Shown here one piece after another: positions 1-16,775 of a stretch of DNA of 64,000 nucleotides. The position numbers and the translations under genes are program-made. Origin of the DNA: the human T2T-CHM13v2.0 reference genome, Homo sapiens. Numbering within the stretch: position 1 is the first letter of the stretch; each line of letters opens with the position of its first letter. The notes under the pieces are model-generated. The model saw only the letters and a list, made by a program, of their open reading frames with translations. It did no database searches and had not been told where the DNA came from. Location: NCBI RefSeq assembly GCF_009914755.1, contig NC_060925.1, one strand, 5' to 3'.

Positions 1-650
<650 letters not shown>

Positions 651-1177
651 ATAATTGTTTTACACATTGAAAATAAACAAGTAAAAGGGTATTCCTAAAA
701 GGAGGAATAAAAACTAAAATAATGTATCTAACTGAACATTACTTTGGTAATATAATCATAAAGAAAATTATTTCAACTGACTTTAGAATGTAGAATTTGA
801 GTGAACAGTTTTAATTAAATATCTTGTACATTAAATAAACTAGCAAATAAATTTAGTGATAATTTGGTGTAATTTAAATATATTTAACTCATATTATAAG
901 ATAAACAAAAATCATACTGATATTAACATTTTAAGAACTAAGTAAGGTAAACAACTGTACCAGTTTGCTTATGTCTGAGGGGTTTCCCAGTATCTACGAC
1001 TTTCAGTGTTAAAGACAGATGAGTCCTGGGAAAATTCTAGAATCAAGATTTTTTTTCAGTATAAGAAAAGAGATACACATATAAAAGCAAAGAAGTTAAA
1101 TAAAATTTTTGATGCTAAATTTGAATTGGAAATATCAGCATGGATTTACAACTTGCTTTTCAACAAAAGGCCTAAAA

Positions 1178-1292
1178 CAGGGGCCAGCAAACTTTTTCTT
1201 AGGCATTGCAGGCAATAGTCTCTGTTGCAACCATTCATCTCTGCCATTGTAGTGTAAAAGCAGCACTATGGGCTGTAGTTTGCCAATCCCTA
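1178..1292. mobile_element. MER58-like hAT MITE (internally deleted)
   Basis: caggggccagcaaact ... tagtttgccaatccct terminal inverted repeats. Confidence 0.6.
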
Positions 1293-2229
1293 GCTAAAAC
1301 AATGAAAACTTGGTAGCAATGAGCACACCTAGGGATAAGGCTATGGTCTCTAAATACCACTTCTCCTATAAAAGAAGCAAGAACTTTTTAGAGAAATGGC
1401 TGAATTCATGCCAGGGACATATAAGTGTGTCAGTGAAGACTGAGTCATGTCAAAGGACATAAGACCCAATATGGAAAAATTTAAGTATCAAAGGAATAAT
1501 GATTGTGGTTGATCAAAATACGTTGAATTTATATTATCCAGTAAAAGATCAACCTTGCCCAAATATAGATGTAGCCCTTTGTCCTAGCTCCTTGGAGAAA
1601 AGCTTTAAGCTCTTGGAATCCAGTGTATGGGACATTCAGTAGAACAAATAATGTGGTGTCTTCATAGGTTGTAAAAACTGAGTCAGATAGTTGGGTGAGA
1701 ACTGCTCTAGGTTAAAAAGATGGTTATGCAGCATGAAACCAATGCTAGATGACATCTTGTTTGGATCTTGGCTTGAAAAAACCAAATACCAAAAATTTAG
1801 TGCTGGGGGAAATTTAAGTATTGATTTGATATTAGATAGTGCGTGTAGCAATGGCATTATGCTTTTGTGAATATAACTTTTAGAGATACGTATTGAAGTG
1901 TTATGTCTGATACTGGGTGATTGTGTGTGTGGTTCATTATATTAATGTCTCTTTTTGCATGTGTTGTAAAGTTTTAATAGTAAAAATATCTTTCCATTCC
2001 CATATTATTCTGATCCCATGTCACCTTTAAGAATAGCTCCACAGTACACAGGAATATCTTCAATTTCTTGCGTGGGTCCCCTTTCTCTCATCCACAGAAA
2101 CAAAAACCTAGCACTATGTTTGTAGAACATGACCCTATTCTTCTGGCCATGGGTGATTTGATCAAGGATAGGCCTCCGACCTAAGATAAGTTAATCACAA
2201 ACCCTTATCCAGGAGTTTAGAGAAAATGG

Positions 2230-2414
2230 GGAAATGAAGGAAATGAGAGAGAAAAAGAGAGAGAGATGAAAGGAAGGAAGGAAGGAAGGAAGAAAGAAAG
2301 AAAGAAAGAGAAAGAAAGAAAGAAGAGAAAGAGAAAGAAAGAAAAAGAAAAGAAAGAGAGAAAGGGAAGGAAAGAAAGAGAGAAAGAAAGAAGAAAGAGA
2401 GAGAAAGAAAGAAA

Positions 2415-2446
<32 letters not shown>

Positions 2447-2462
2447 GAAAGAAAGAAAGAGG
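2230..2462. repeat. Polypurine (GAAA/GGAA)n tract
   Basis: Direct inspection. Confidence 0.95.
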
Positions 2463-3189
2463 GTAGGGGGCTGGGATGGGTAGGAAATGGGAATGGAAAT
2501 TAATTCTCTAGGAATGGCTGTGTAACAGGTACATTTTTACACTGTATACTGGTGGCCATATCCCAGCAAGCTGTCAGGAGAAGAGAACTGGTCTGCAAAA
2601 TGAGGAATGAAGTGGACACATGAAAAAAAGCAGAGTCAAAAGATAGTCTCACTTGGATTTTCCATGGGTTTTCATTCCAGGATTCAGTGATTTCTGAGGT
2701 CTGGCTACATGCTTGCCCTTGAGTTTTTTTGTCATTTTAATAGATTTCCCTTTTGTCATAAGCTAGTTGGCATTTGTTTTTGTTATTTTCTACTAAAGAT
2801 GTCAAATAAATCCAGCCTTACAGATAAAATTCTGTTCTCAAGACCAAGGAAGCATGAGGCCAAATGTGAATCACAGTGTTGTTCTGAGTGAAAAGTCACG
2901 TAGAAACTGGACAGTGTGGTGTCAACCCCAGAAAGCCCAAGATCACAAGATCATCACTGACCACAGCAGCATGGCAAATGCTTGTGTTGTGCTTGTTAAA
3001 AGATGCCTGATGGAGGGCAACAGTGTAGGACCTCCCACTTCATTCCTACTGTCTTATCGTAGGAGATAGCACTTTGTCTATCTCCTTAAAGAGCTAACTC
3101 ATTGCATCACCATCATTCATTGAACATACTTTATAGTGGGACCCCAATATTCTTGGAATCTCCATGACTCTAAGGGCAGAACCGCCTAT

Positions 3190-3790
3190 GTGAGAGGCAG
3201 TGTGGTGTGGGGGCTTCAGCAAGAGGCCTTGCCACCTGTTCATTCTTGCACTGCTACAAAGAAACACCTGAGACTGGGTAATTCATAAAGAAGTTGAATT
3301 GGCTCACAGTCCACTGGTTATGCAGGAAGCATGGAAGCATCTGCTTTTGGGGACGGCTCAGAGAGCTTTTACTCATGGTGGAAGGCAAAGAGGGAGCAGG
3401 ACTGAGAAGGGGGAGGTGTCACACACTTTTATACAACCAGATCTCACAATAACTCACTCACTATCACAAGAACAGCACCGAAGGGATGGTGCTAACCCAT
3501 TCATAAGAACTCTGCCCTCATGATCCAATCACCTCCCACCAGGCCCCACCTCCAACAATGGGGATTACAATTCAATATGAGATTTGGTGGGGACATAGAT
3601 CCAAACCATATCACCACCAGACTGCCTGGATTTGAATTCCAATTTCACTACTCAGTGATGAATGCAAACTGCCTAGCTTTTTGTGCCTTTGTTTTTCAGA
3701 AAATGGAGACGATCATTATAATGACCATATAGAGTTGCTGAGAGGATTATATACATAATGCAGCTGGCACGTAGTTAGGGCTTGGTTTTC
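3190..3790 (+). mobile_element. MIR split by the MST LTR
   Basis: gagaggcagtgtggtgtgg ... cagactgcctggatttgaattcc ... aaaatggagacgatc core. Confidence 0.6.
3237..3613 (-). mobile_element. MST-type MaLR LTR inserted in a MIR
   Basis: ctgagactgggtaatt...ccaaaccatatca; 5-bp TSD CCACC at 3232-3236 and 3614-3618. Confidence 0.85.
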
Positions 3791-4287
3791 TATTATTGTT
3801 CATATCTGAAAGATTCCACACAAGATGGCCCCTGTTTTGTCTGGATGGTGATATGTCTGCATGGGAGGCCTTGACCTTTGGCAATCATTCTGGAGCCACA
3901 AGAGTGTCAGCCCGAGGGCCAGCCGGTCTGCCGAGAAAGGAAAGGCAGAGAGAGAGAAAGAATCTACGTCCTTGAAAATGGCACTGGGCGGCTTTAACAA
4001 CTGACCTAGAAGACCATTCCTCTTCTTGACTTCCAATTGGATGGGAGAATAAATTTCCTCACTCTTCAAACTATTTGAATACGGGCATTTTTTTTTTTTT
4101 TTTTTTTGCAGTGAAAAGATCCTAACAAGTACCCTGGCATATGCAATTGAATTTTTTATTAGTTCAAATGTTATCTTCATTGATATTTTGAATATAATTA
4201 CTCATCTACTAATATTGTGTAGATGTTTTATAACATCAAACATTGTGTAGATGAGCACACAATGAGTTTTATAACATCAAACATCCA

Positions 4288-5043
<756 letters not shown>

Positions 5044-5358
5044 AGGTGAATACAGATACAATAGCAATAGTATATACATTTAACAGCTTGAACTATTGAA
5101 TATACTAGAAAAAGGTTTTTATATGCATCATTTTATTTTAAAAATAAAATACTCAGAAGTAAGCAAAATGATAATAAAAAAAATCCCTGAAGAGTGCAAA
5201 ATAAAAATCTCAAAACGAGCTGAGATACTCTAATCAAATATAAAAGGTCAACTTGGTGAGTACTGTGTGAATTTTAGAAGATGTGATTAGGAAGTTTGTT
5301 CATTAGGAATATATACATTTTGCACCTTTCTTCCCCATGCAATTTGGTTTAGGTAAAC

Positions 5359-5944
5359 TGTGGAAAGAGAGTTTCTGGGGTGCCAGTTGAGTTGGTCTCC
5401 CCTGTGTGAGACACCCATGGGGAGCCATGGGCGGCCTCTGAGGAGAAAAGTCTCCTTATTGCCTTCATGCCTTTATGCCCCGAGAGCATAACTGCTCAGC
5501 GGCATGCCACAGGTTGCTCAGGGAGATAACACTCCCTTGAAGCAGTGGAGTATAATCAAACATCTTGGCTCCTCCTGAAACCCACTCCCACCCATTTCAG
5601 TCTGGATAAGTTAAAGATCTTAAGTAGTTTAGACATACACCTTTGCTCAAGGAAATTCACAGAAACTGCCACTGCTATACATCTTATTGAATGACTCACG
5701 AGTTCTCCTTCACTGATTAATCCTTTTCCTCATTCCCTCCTCGCCCTCCCATCTGCCCTAAGAACGAAGAGCTTGTAAACCAATAAACTGGGCGGAGCCC
5801 GAGAGCTCTGGGCCTTCAGCAAGCCTCAGCTGCTCCCATCCCCTGGACTCACCTTTTAAAGCTTATTCTGTCTCTTTCTAACTCCTTTGTCTCTGCCGGA
5901 CTCCGGGTACCCTCTGGGTGGTGTGGGGCTGGTTTCCCCCAACA
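5359..5944 (+). mobile_element. Solo ERVK-class LTR (LTR14-like)
   Basis: TG...CA ends, 586 bp, internal AATAAA, 6-bp TSD GTAAAC (5353-5358, 5945-5950) typical of ERVK; subfamily from memory. Confidence 0.85.
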
Positions 5945-6157
5945 GTAAACAAGATGAGTCTTCTTGGAAGAAGAAACTGAGTTTAACCCTGAATACTTGA
6001 CCTACAAGGCTTGGTTGCTGGGCTAATTCATAGTGAAGAGGATCACGCTATTCAACGTACAGACACAGGTGAGTGAGGAGAAGAAAATTAATGAAATCTA
6101 CCTCATTCTCCACAGGAGGAACCTGGGTTTACTTCTTAAGGGGACCTGATTTGTTAG

Positions 6158-7120
6158 GTGTATAAGTTTCCTATTGCTATTGTAACAAGTTACCACAAAC
6201 TTTGCAGCTTAAAACAACACAAATTCATTATCTCACAGTACCCTTAGGTGAGAAGTCTGGCAACTTTGGCTAGGTTTCTGCTTAGAATCTCACAAGGCCA
6301 AAATCAAGATGTTAGCAGGCCTGCGTTTTCTTTAGAGGTCCTAGGGGAGAATCCATATCCTTGTTCATTCAGGTTATTGGTGGAATTCCATTTAAGGTCA
6401 TTGTAGCACTAATGATTCATTTGTGTCTTGTCTGTCAGTTGAGAGGCATTACCCGTTTTTAGAGGCTTCCCACATGCCTTGGTGCACGGCCTTCATCCTC
6501 CAACTTCAGAACCAGCAATGGTGGGTGACGTCTCTCACAGGCTTCCAATCCCTCTTCTGTCTCTTGATTCCACTGCATATCTCTGACCACTATTCTCCCT
6601 TCTTCTTCTACTGTTAAGAAATCCCATGGGGGCTGGGCACAGTGGTTCACGTTTGTAATCCCAGCACTTTGAGAGGCCAAAGTGGAAGGCTCACTTGAGC
6701 CCAGGAGCTCGAGATCAGCCTGGGCAACAAGATGAGACCCCCATCTCTACAAAAAATCAAAAAATTAGTTGGGCATGGTGGTGCATGCCTGTAGTCCCAG
6801 CTACTTGGGTAGCTGAGGTGGGAGGATTGCTGGAGGCCAGGAACATCAAGGCTGCAGTGAGCCATGTTCACGCCACTGCACTCCAGCCTGGGTGATAGAG
6901 TGAGACCATGTCTCAAAAAAACAAACAAACAAAAAAAAAAAAGAAAGAAAAAGGAATCTCATGATTTTGCATTGGGCCTACCCAAGACAGTCCAGAATAA
7001 TCTCCGTGTCTTAAAGTCAGCTGATTAGTAATGTTAATTACATCTGTCATGTCCCTGTTGTCAAGAAACGTAACATATTCACAAAATCCAGGGCATAAGG
7101 AACCATTATTCAGCCCACAA
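6158..7120 (-). mobile_element. MLT1 MaLR LTR interrupted by an Alu
   Basis: tgtataagtttcctattgctattgtaacaagttaccacaaac...cttaaaacaacacaaattcattatctcacagt signature. Confidence 0.8.
6630..6952 (+). mobile_element. Alu (J-like)
   Basis: Full-length Alu inside MLT1. Confidence 0.93.
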
Positions 7121-7528
7121 AATTAGGGATATGATCAAAGGAAGAAATATTAATAAAATTAAAACAAAATGCTGAAACAAATATCAGGGACAATCAGAAG
7201 AGAAAACAAAAAGGTAGTTCATGGTCAGCTCCAGGAAATCACATGTCTGCTGCACTGCCAAGGCTCTGTGGCAGTCTTGACTTCTCTGCCAACTTCTAAA
7301 CTATGTTTCCTGGGCTCTTGGTGGGAGTCTAGCCCCTGAGAAATCTCAAGAGGAAGGAGATTGTAATCAACTGGCCACTTCTAGCTCCAGCCACAGCACA
7401 ACTGTGGTTATTGTTTATGTCCAGCATATCTGATAACACCAGCATTAGGGCTCTCTGATCTACTGCCAGAGTGAGCGGGGGTGTCAACAAGAGATGCTTT
7501 TGTACACGTTTTCCTTCCGGACTTACAA

Positions 7529-7780
7529 GAAACATAATTTCACACACTAAACCTGTTTTATCCTCTTATCATGAACAGTTGTCTGGAGGAGTTGTTGGCT
7601 CTCTCCCTGAAGGCTCTTAGAAGAAAGCAGATTAATATCACTACCTAGTTTATTGATTTTGTATCTCTTGCCCTCATAATACCAAAAGAAAGAAAGCCAG
7701 AAAGCATCAGGGTAAATGAAACCAAAAGTGTAACTGACCTTTACCTACTTTTTGCTGCAGCTCAGTATCTTGACCATGTT
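7529..7780 (+). pseudogene. Decayed paralogous SLAMF6-like IgV exon (upstream copy)
   Basis: From 7562 reads PLIMNSCLEELLALSLKALRRKQINITT*FIDFVSLALIIPKERKPESIRV, colinear with exon 2 (TAG at 7646-7648 in the conserved Trp position); the preceding intron 7350-7528 aligns with 31378-31556; acceptor AG mutated. Confidence 0.75.
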
Positions 7781-8543
7781 AAAGGGCCCAGAGTATGTTA
7801 TTGTCCTCCAGAGCATTCTTCCATTTCTCTGTTAGGGGCTTCAGAGTGTAAGGATGCAAGTGACATCACTGATGGCAAGGTGGGGACGTTTCTCACAAGA
7901 CCTTGGGGACTGGATATCTCTTATTAGAGGTGATCACTGACATGGACATTGGCCCAGAATGCTTTCTGGAAAGACTTCTTGTTCCCTCCTTGTATTCGTT
8001 TCCTGGGGCAGAGTCCCAGAAGCCAGGAGGTTTATTGTCTTACAGAGGTTGAAGTCTGCAACCAAGGTACCAGCAGGATAGTGCCCTCCAGAAATTCATG
8101 TCCTACCCCAAACCTCAGAATGTGATCTTATGTAGAACTGTGGTCATGGCAAATGAACTTAATTAGGCTCTAAGATTTAGAAGAGGAAGAAAGAGGTGGA
8201 AGAAGGGGACTAGGTTGCTAGATTCTTGAGAAGAGCCCGTCTAAACAAGAACTGTAGAAATGAACCCTACCCCTCAGAGCAATGCCAGAGCAGAGAAATA
8301 ATGTACCTTGATGACCAGAACTCACCAACAGATCCCAGCTGATGTAATTAGTTATAATTGGCTGAACAAACTCAGATGATCTGTTTCTTTTTCCAGAGGC
8401 TAAGATTTCTCAGAGTCTGGGATTAGAAGAGTCTGAGATCTTTGCTGTTTTTTCTCCCCTTCATCCGTAAGTCTTCTTCTCTTGGGATGTTCTAAAGAGG
8501 ACCCTGTTTTCTCTTTTCATTTTTTCAAAAAACTATTGCTTCC

Positions 8544-8813
8544 AGCAGCTAAAAAAGCCTCAAGGTACACTGGAATCCACTATCTCTGAGAACAGTGCCT
8601 GTTATGCCATGTTCTAACATGTTCCTTGAAGGGAGGAGGTGAAATCATACTTACAGGTGGACCCCAATGGACCAGGGGATGCTGTGTCCTAGGATGGATC
8701 CACTCACAGTGACTCCTTAGGCTCTGCAACCTGGACCAGACTTACATCTAGACAGCCTTAAATCCTATGAGCAATAGCATCTCCTGCCATCCCTGCTGGG
8801 CAGCCTTGTGCAG
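8544..8813 (+). pseudogene. Decayed paralogous IgC2 exon (upstream copy)
   Basis: QLKKPQGTLESTISENSACYAM...YRWTPM..PGDAVS*...TALNPMSNS...QPCA, colinear with exon 3, with frameshifts and stops; donor GT changed to AT at 8814. Confidence 0.8.
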
Positions 8814-8891
8814 ATAACTGACCTTCATGGCCTCTATAGGACCCCTGGGATATTCTGAGAAGATCTGGGGAGTGCTGAAAAAAGGATGCCA

Positions 8892-9198
<307 letters not shown>

Positions 9199-10230
9199 TC
9201 ATGGGCTAGTGCTTGGATGGATTTGAAATTCAGGTTCACATAAGCTGGGTACTCAAAGGCAAAAAAAAGCAGAACAGACTCAGCAAGACTTCAGATTCCT
9301 TATAATCAGCCACACAGACTCAAAAACAATTATGCTTAAATAAGAGACACCTTTGGAAATCTCTTCAAGAAACAGGAGAATTAATACTGTTAAAATGTCC
9401 ATACTACCCAAAGTGACCCACAGATTCAATACAATCCCCATCAAAATTCCAATGACATTTTTAACAAAAATGGAAAAAATAATCTTAAAGTTTGTATGGA
9501 ACTATAAATAAACCCAAGTAGTCAAAGCAATCACGAACAAAAAGGACAAAACTGGAGGCATTATACTATCAGACTTCAGAATGTACTACAAAGCTATATT
9601 AATCAAAACAGCATGATACTGGCATAAAAACAGACACATAGGCCAAAGGAACAGATAAAAAGCCCAGAAACAAATTCATGCATTTACAATTAACTGATTT
9701 TTGACAAGGTGCCAAAACACACAATGAAGAAAGGAAAGTCCCTTCAATAAAAGGCATTGGGAAAATTGGATATCCACATACAGAAAAATGAAATTAGACC
9801 CTTACCTCACACTATATTCAAATATCAACATGAAGTACATTCAGAACTGAAATGTGAGATGTGAAGCTGCAAAACCACTAGAAGAAAACATAGAGGAAAT
9901 GTTCCATGACATTGGTCTGGGCAAAGATTTATTGAATATTCCCCCAAAGCATAGGCACTAAAGGCAAAAATAGACAAATAGGATTGCGTCAAACCAAAAA
10001 GCTCCCGCACAACCAAGGAAACAATCAACAGAGTGAAGAGATAACCTATAAAGTGGGAAGAAATATTTGCAAAGCATACATCTGATAAAGGATTAATATC
10101 CAAAGTGTATGAGGAAGTTAAACTACTCAATCGTAAGAAACAAATAACCTGAGTAAAAATGGACAAAGGATCTCAATAAACAGTTCCTAAAAGAAGGCAT
10201 ACAAACGACCAACAAATATAAGAAAAAATA

Positions 10231-10579
<349 letters not shown>

Positions 10580-10778
10580 TCACCTTATGTCTTAGAATGG
10601 CTATTAACAAAAAGATAAAAGATAACAAATATTGGCAAGGATGTGGAGAAAAGGGAACCTTGCACACTGTTTATAGGAACATAAATTAGTACAGCCATTA
10701 TGAAAACACAGTAAAGAGGTTCCTCAAAAAAATTAAAAATAGAACTACTATATAATCCAGCAATCTCATTACTGGGTA

Positions 10779-11378
10779 TGCAGCAGGACAGGTAGTCAAG
10801 GAAGCGACCATGTCCTTGGACACAGCAACCTTGGTGACCATACAGTCAGTACAATAAGCCTCAGCATTTGCATTGTAGTCAAGCTCATTCAAGCAAAGCT
10901 ATCTCCAATAAGGCCTTTCCCCTCTACAGAGCATGTGCCTTCTGATTTTTACCTATACTCCAACTGACCCTTTGCTCATTTTAATAGTAAGAAATACACC
11001 CCTGGATGGAGATTAAGATGCTTATGAGACACGCGACATATGAACAAGCATGTACAGCTACTGTGCCTGTGCATCTAGAGGACCACCCAGAACACGCTTA
11101 CTAGTAACACCTCTTCCCACCCCCTTATGAATAATATGAGACTCCCATGAAGGGAATCTCCTCAGTGCCAGTCTTTGCTGTCTCATCCTTATGAGCAGCC
11201 TGCCCTGGATCTTCTTTCTCTCAGAATGTACTGTCTATTCTGCACTTTTAACTTTCAAAACGTTCTTTTTACTTTGGAATAAATTATTCTACGCTGCATA
11301 TCTTTTTCTGTGTGTCTTTTGTTTAAATTCTTTTAAACTAAGAAGATAAAAACTGAAGTATCACAATAGCCGTCAACA
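10779..11378 (+). mobile_element. Solo ERV1 LTR (LTR26-like) inserted in an L1 3' region
   Basis: TG...CA, 600 bp, AATAAA near 11278, imperfect 4-bp TSD GGTA/AGTA; L1 sequence resumes on both sides. Confidence 0.8.
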
Positions 11379-12427
11379 AGTATATAGCCAAAGAAAATGG
11401 AATTAGTATGTTGAAGAGTTATCTGCACTACCATGTTCATTGCAGCACTATTTACAATAGTCAAGATATGAAAGCAACATAAGCATCCATCAATGAATGA
11501 ATGGATAAAGAAAATGTAGTATATGCACATGATGGAATACTATTCAGCCTTAAAAAAGAAGGAAATCCTATCATTTGCAACAATATGAATGAACTGGGAG
11601 GGCATTATGTTAAGTGAAATAAGCCAGGCACAGAAAGACAAATACCACATGATTTAACTTATATGTGGAGTCTAAAAAAGTTGAACTCATAGAAGTAGAG
11701 AGGAGAACAATGGTTACCAATGGTTAGAGAAAGGGGGTTGGGAAAAGTTTGGTTAAAGGTTACAAAATAAGTTTAAGAGATCTATTGTACAACATGGTGA
11801 CTATAGCAAATAATGATTATCTGTATTTTTGAAAATTGTGAACGGAGTAGTTTTGAAGTGTATTCACCATTAAAAAAAGCATGTGAGGTAACGCATATGT
11901 TAATTAGCTTGATTTAACCTTTCTACAGTGTATACATATTTTAAAACAACATATTGTATATAATAAATATATTCAATTTTAACTTGTCAATTAAAAATAA
12001 TTTTCTTAAAAAAGAAAAATGTGAAATATTATATTTGAAAAATAACCAATAGAACTTACAGAAATAAAAAGCAAAAAAAAAGTTATATTTAAAAAAGCCA
12101 ATAGATGTAATTGGCAGCAGACGGGATATTGTAAAAGAGGTAATTCATGAATTGGAAATTAGGTTAGAAAAAAATATTCAGAAGGTAGTACAGAGAAACA
12201 GAAAGGCACAACATATGGAACAGAGATTAAGAGGTATGAAGGATAGGGTAATAAGTCTTAAGAGGTGCTTTATTAGAGTTCTGGATAGCAGGAGAGTAAA
12301 AATGGGACAGAGGTGGTACTGAAAGAAATAATGGTTGAGAATTTTTAGGACTAATGAAAAACACCAGTGCATAGAGCAAACAGGCAACAAATTCTACGAA
12401 AGGGAAATGAAAAGAAATCTACATCAC

Positions 12428-12710
12428 AGCCGGGCACGGTGGCTCACGCCTGTAATCCCAGCACTTTGGGAGGCCGAGACGGGCGGATCACCTGAGGTCA
12501 GAAGTTCGAGACCAGCCTGGCCAAAATGGAGAAACCCCATCTCTACCAAAAATACAAAAATTAGCTGGACGTGGTGGCGGGCGCCTGTAATCCCAGCTAC
12601 TCGGGAGGTTGAGGCAGGAGAATCGCTTGAACCCAGGAAGGTGGAGGTTGCAGTGAGCCGAGATCCCGCCACTGCACTCCAGCCTGGGCAACAAGAGCAA
12701 AACTCCGTGT

Positions 12711-12749
<39 letters not shown>
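12428..12749 (+). mobile_element. Alu (S-like)
   Basis: Long A tail; TSD gaaatctacatca. Confidence 0.95.
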
Positions 12750-12751
<2 letters not shown>

Positions 12752-12867
12752 AAATCTACATCAAGAATCAAGATGCGGCTTAGTAAAAATGTAGAATTCC
12801 AAAGATAAACAGAAAATTTAAAGGGAGTCAGAAAAAAAAGACAGGTTGCTTTAAAGAAACAACAGTT

Positions 12868-13216
<349 letters not shown>

Positions 13217-13728
13217 TTAAAAGGCAGTGGTATAATATTTTCAACATACTAAGAAGGGATAATTCTCATCCTACAATATTATGCTCAGCAACAGTATAAG
13301 AATAAACATTAAATAAAAATACTATCAGACCCCCCCCCCCCCACAAAAAATGGAAAAAGTTCACCATGAGTAGATCCTCCATTTATGAGGGATATACTTC
13401 AGATGGAATTAGATAATGCCAAATGAAAGAACTGAGCTGTATATTATCCTAAAGAAAGGGAAATATAGAGATTAAATTACAATAGATTAAATGTAGATAA
13501 GATTAAGCAAAAAGTATAACATCCAAAATAGTAGACAGAAAAATAGATGATAACAAAATGATTAATCCAAAAAGAAGGCAAGAGAGAGAAAAAGAAATGT
13601 AGAACTTGTGGGACAAATAAAAAGCACAACATAGGATGGTACATTTAAACCCAAATGTATTAGCATCACATTAAATGTAAATGGACTAAGCGCTCCACTT
13701 AAAACACCAGCGTTGACAAATAGGATTA

Positions 13729-14346
<618 letters not shown>

Positions 14347-14591
14347 CTAGATCTAGCAAAAGTTTCACAAGACCCCTAGAATCAAATTATAAAGCATTAT
14401 TTGGAGAAATGAAAGAAGACCCAAATGAACAGAGGGATATGTATACAATATGGAAGAATCAATACTGTAAAGATGTATGTGGTCATGTAAGAAAACACCA
14501 CGTTTCCCAAAAACCTATTGAAATAGAAAAACGCAGTATAAAAAAAAAAAAAGTGGTATGTGGGCTCCAGATTGAGATATAGATTTTTTAG

Positions 14592-15190
<599 letters not shown>

Positions 15191-15657
15191 TACAGCAGGT
15201 TTTTTTTGCGGGGAGGGGGAATGGAAAATGACAAAACGATTCTAAAATTTATATAGAAATGAAAATAGTCACTGCTAGTCAAGACACTCTTGAAGAAGAA
15301 AGGGGACTTAACTAATTCTAAAGATATTAAAATCTATTATAAAGCTACTAAAATTATGACAGTGTGGTTATAGCACAAGAAAGGCCAAATAAACCAATGG
15401 AACAAAATTAAAGTTCCAGAAATACACACTATTATATGTACACACTCAGTCTGTGACAAAGGAGATACTACAGAGCTATGGAGAAATGACAATTTTTTTG
15501 ACAAATGGTGCTGCGTCAATTAGACATTCATTCAGTGTGGAAAAAAATGAAACTCACACCTTACTTCACACTTTACATCTCCAAATTCCAAGTATATTGA
15601 AGACCCTCATGTGACATGTAAATTTTTTTAAAATCTTCTAAAAGATATCCGTATCTA

Positions 15658-16026
<369 letters not shown>

Positions 16027-16482
16027 TTAAACAGAACAAAAAAAAAAAGAAAGGCTAACCCTAAAAGAAATGATGATGTACTAAATTAATCTTAAGAAAT
16101 TCCACTTATCAAAAGACCGTTAAAAAGTAAAGAGACAAAGCACAGAATAGGAGAGAAGATTTGCAACACATAAAACAAAAAGCTCTTATCCCCAAAATAT
16201 ATAGAATTGTACAAATCAAAAGGAAAATGACAGACAACTCAATCGAGAAATTAGCAAAAAACTTGAAAAGCATTTCAAACAATAACCAATAAACATTTTT
16301 AAAGGTATTCAATCGTATTAGTAATCAGGGAAGTAAAAATTAAGACTAAAATAAGATACCAATACACATCCACAAGGAATAGTTAAAAAGACTAATAACA
16401 CCAGGTACTAGAGGAGCAATGAGAACTCTCATATACTGTAGATGGAAAGGTAAATTGGTACAATACGGTTTTTCATTATCAA

Positions 16483-16775
16483 TTTTTTTTTTCTTTTTGA
16501 GACAGAGTGTCACACTGTCACCCAGGCTGGAGTGCAGTGGTGCAATCTCAGCTCACTGAAACCTCTGCCTCCCAGGTTCAAGCAATCCTCCCATGTCAGC
16601 CTCCTGAGTAGCTAGTATTACAGGCATGCATCACCACACTGGGCTAATTTTTTTTTTTATTTTTAGTAGAGAGGGGTTTCACCATGTTGGCCTTGAACTC
16701 CTGACCTCAAGTGATCTGCCTGCCTTGGCCTCCCAAGGTGCTGGGATTACAGGTGTGGGCCACCAAGCCTGGCCT
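16483..16775 (-). mobile_element. Alu
   Basis: Full-length Alu. Confidence 0.93.

Noticed and set aside
2266-2466. Lys/Arg/Glu-rich ORF
   Set aside because: Translation of a (GAAA)n simple repeat.
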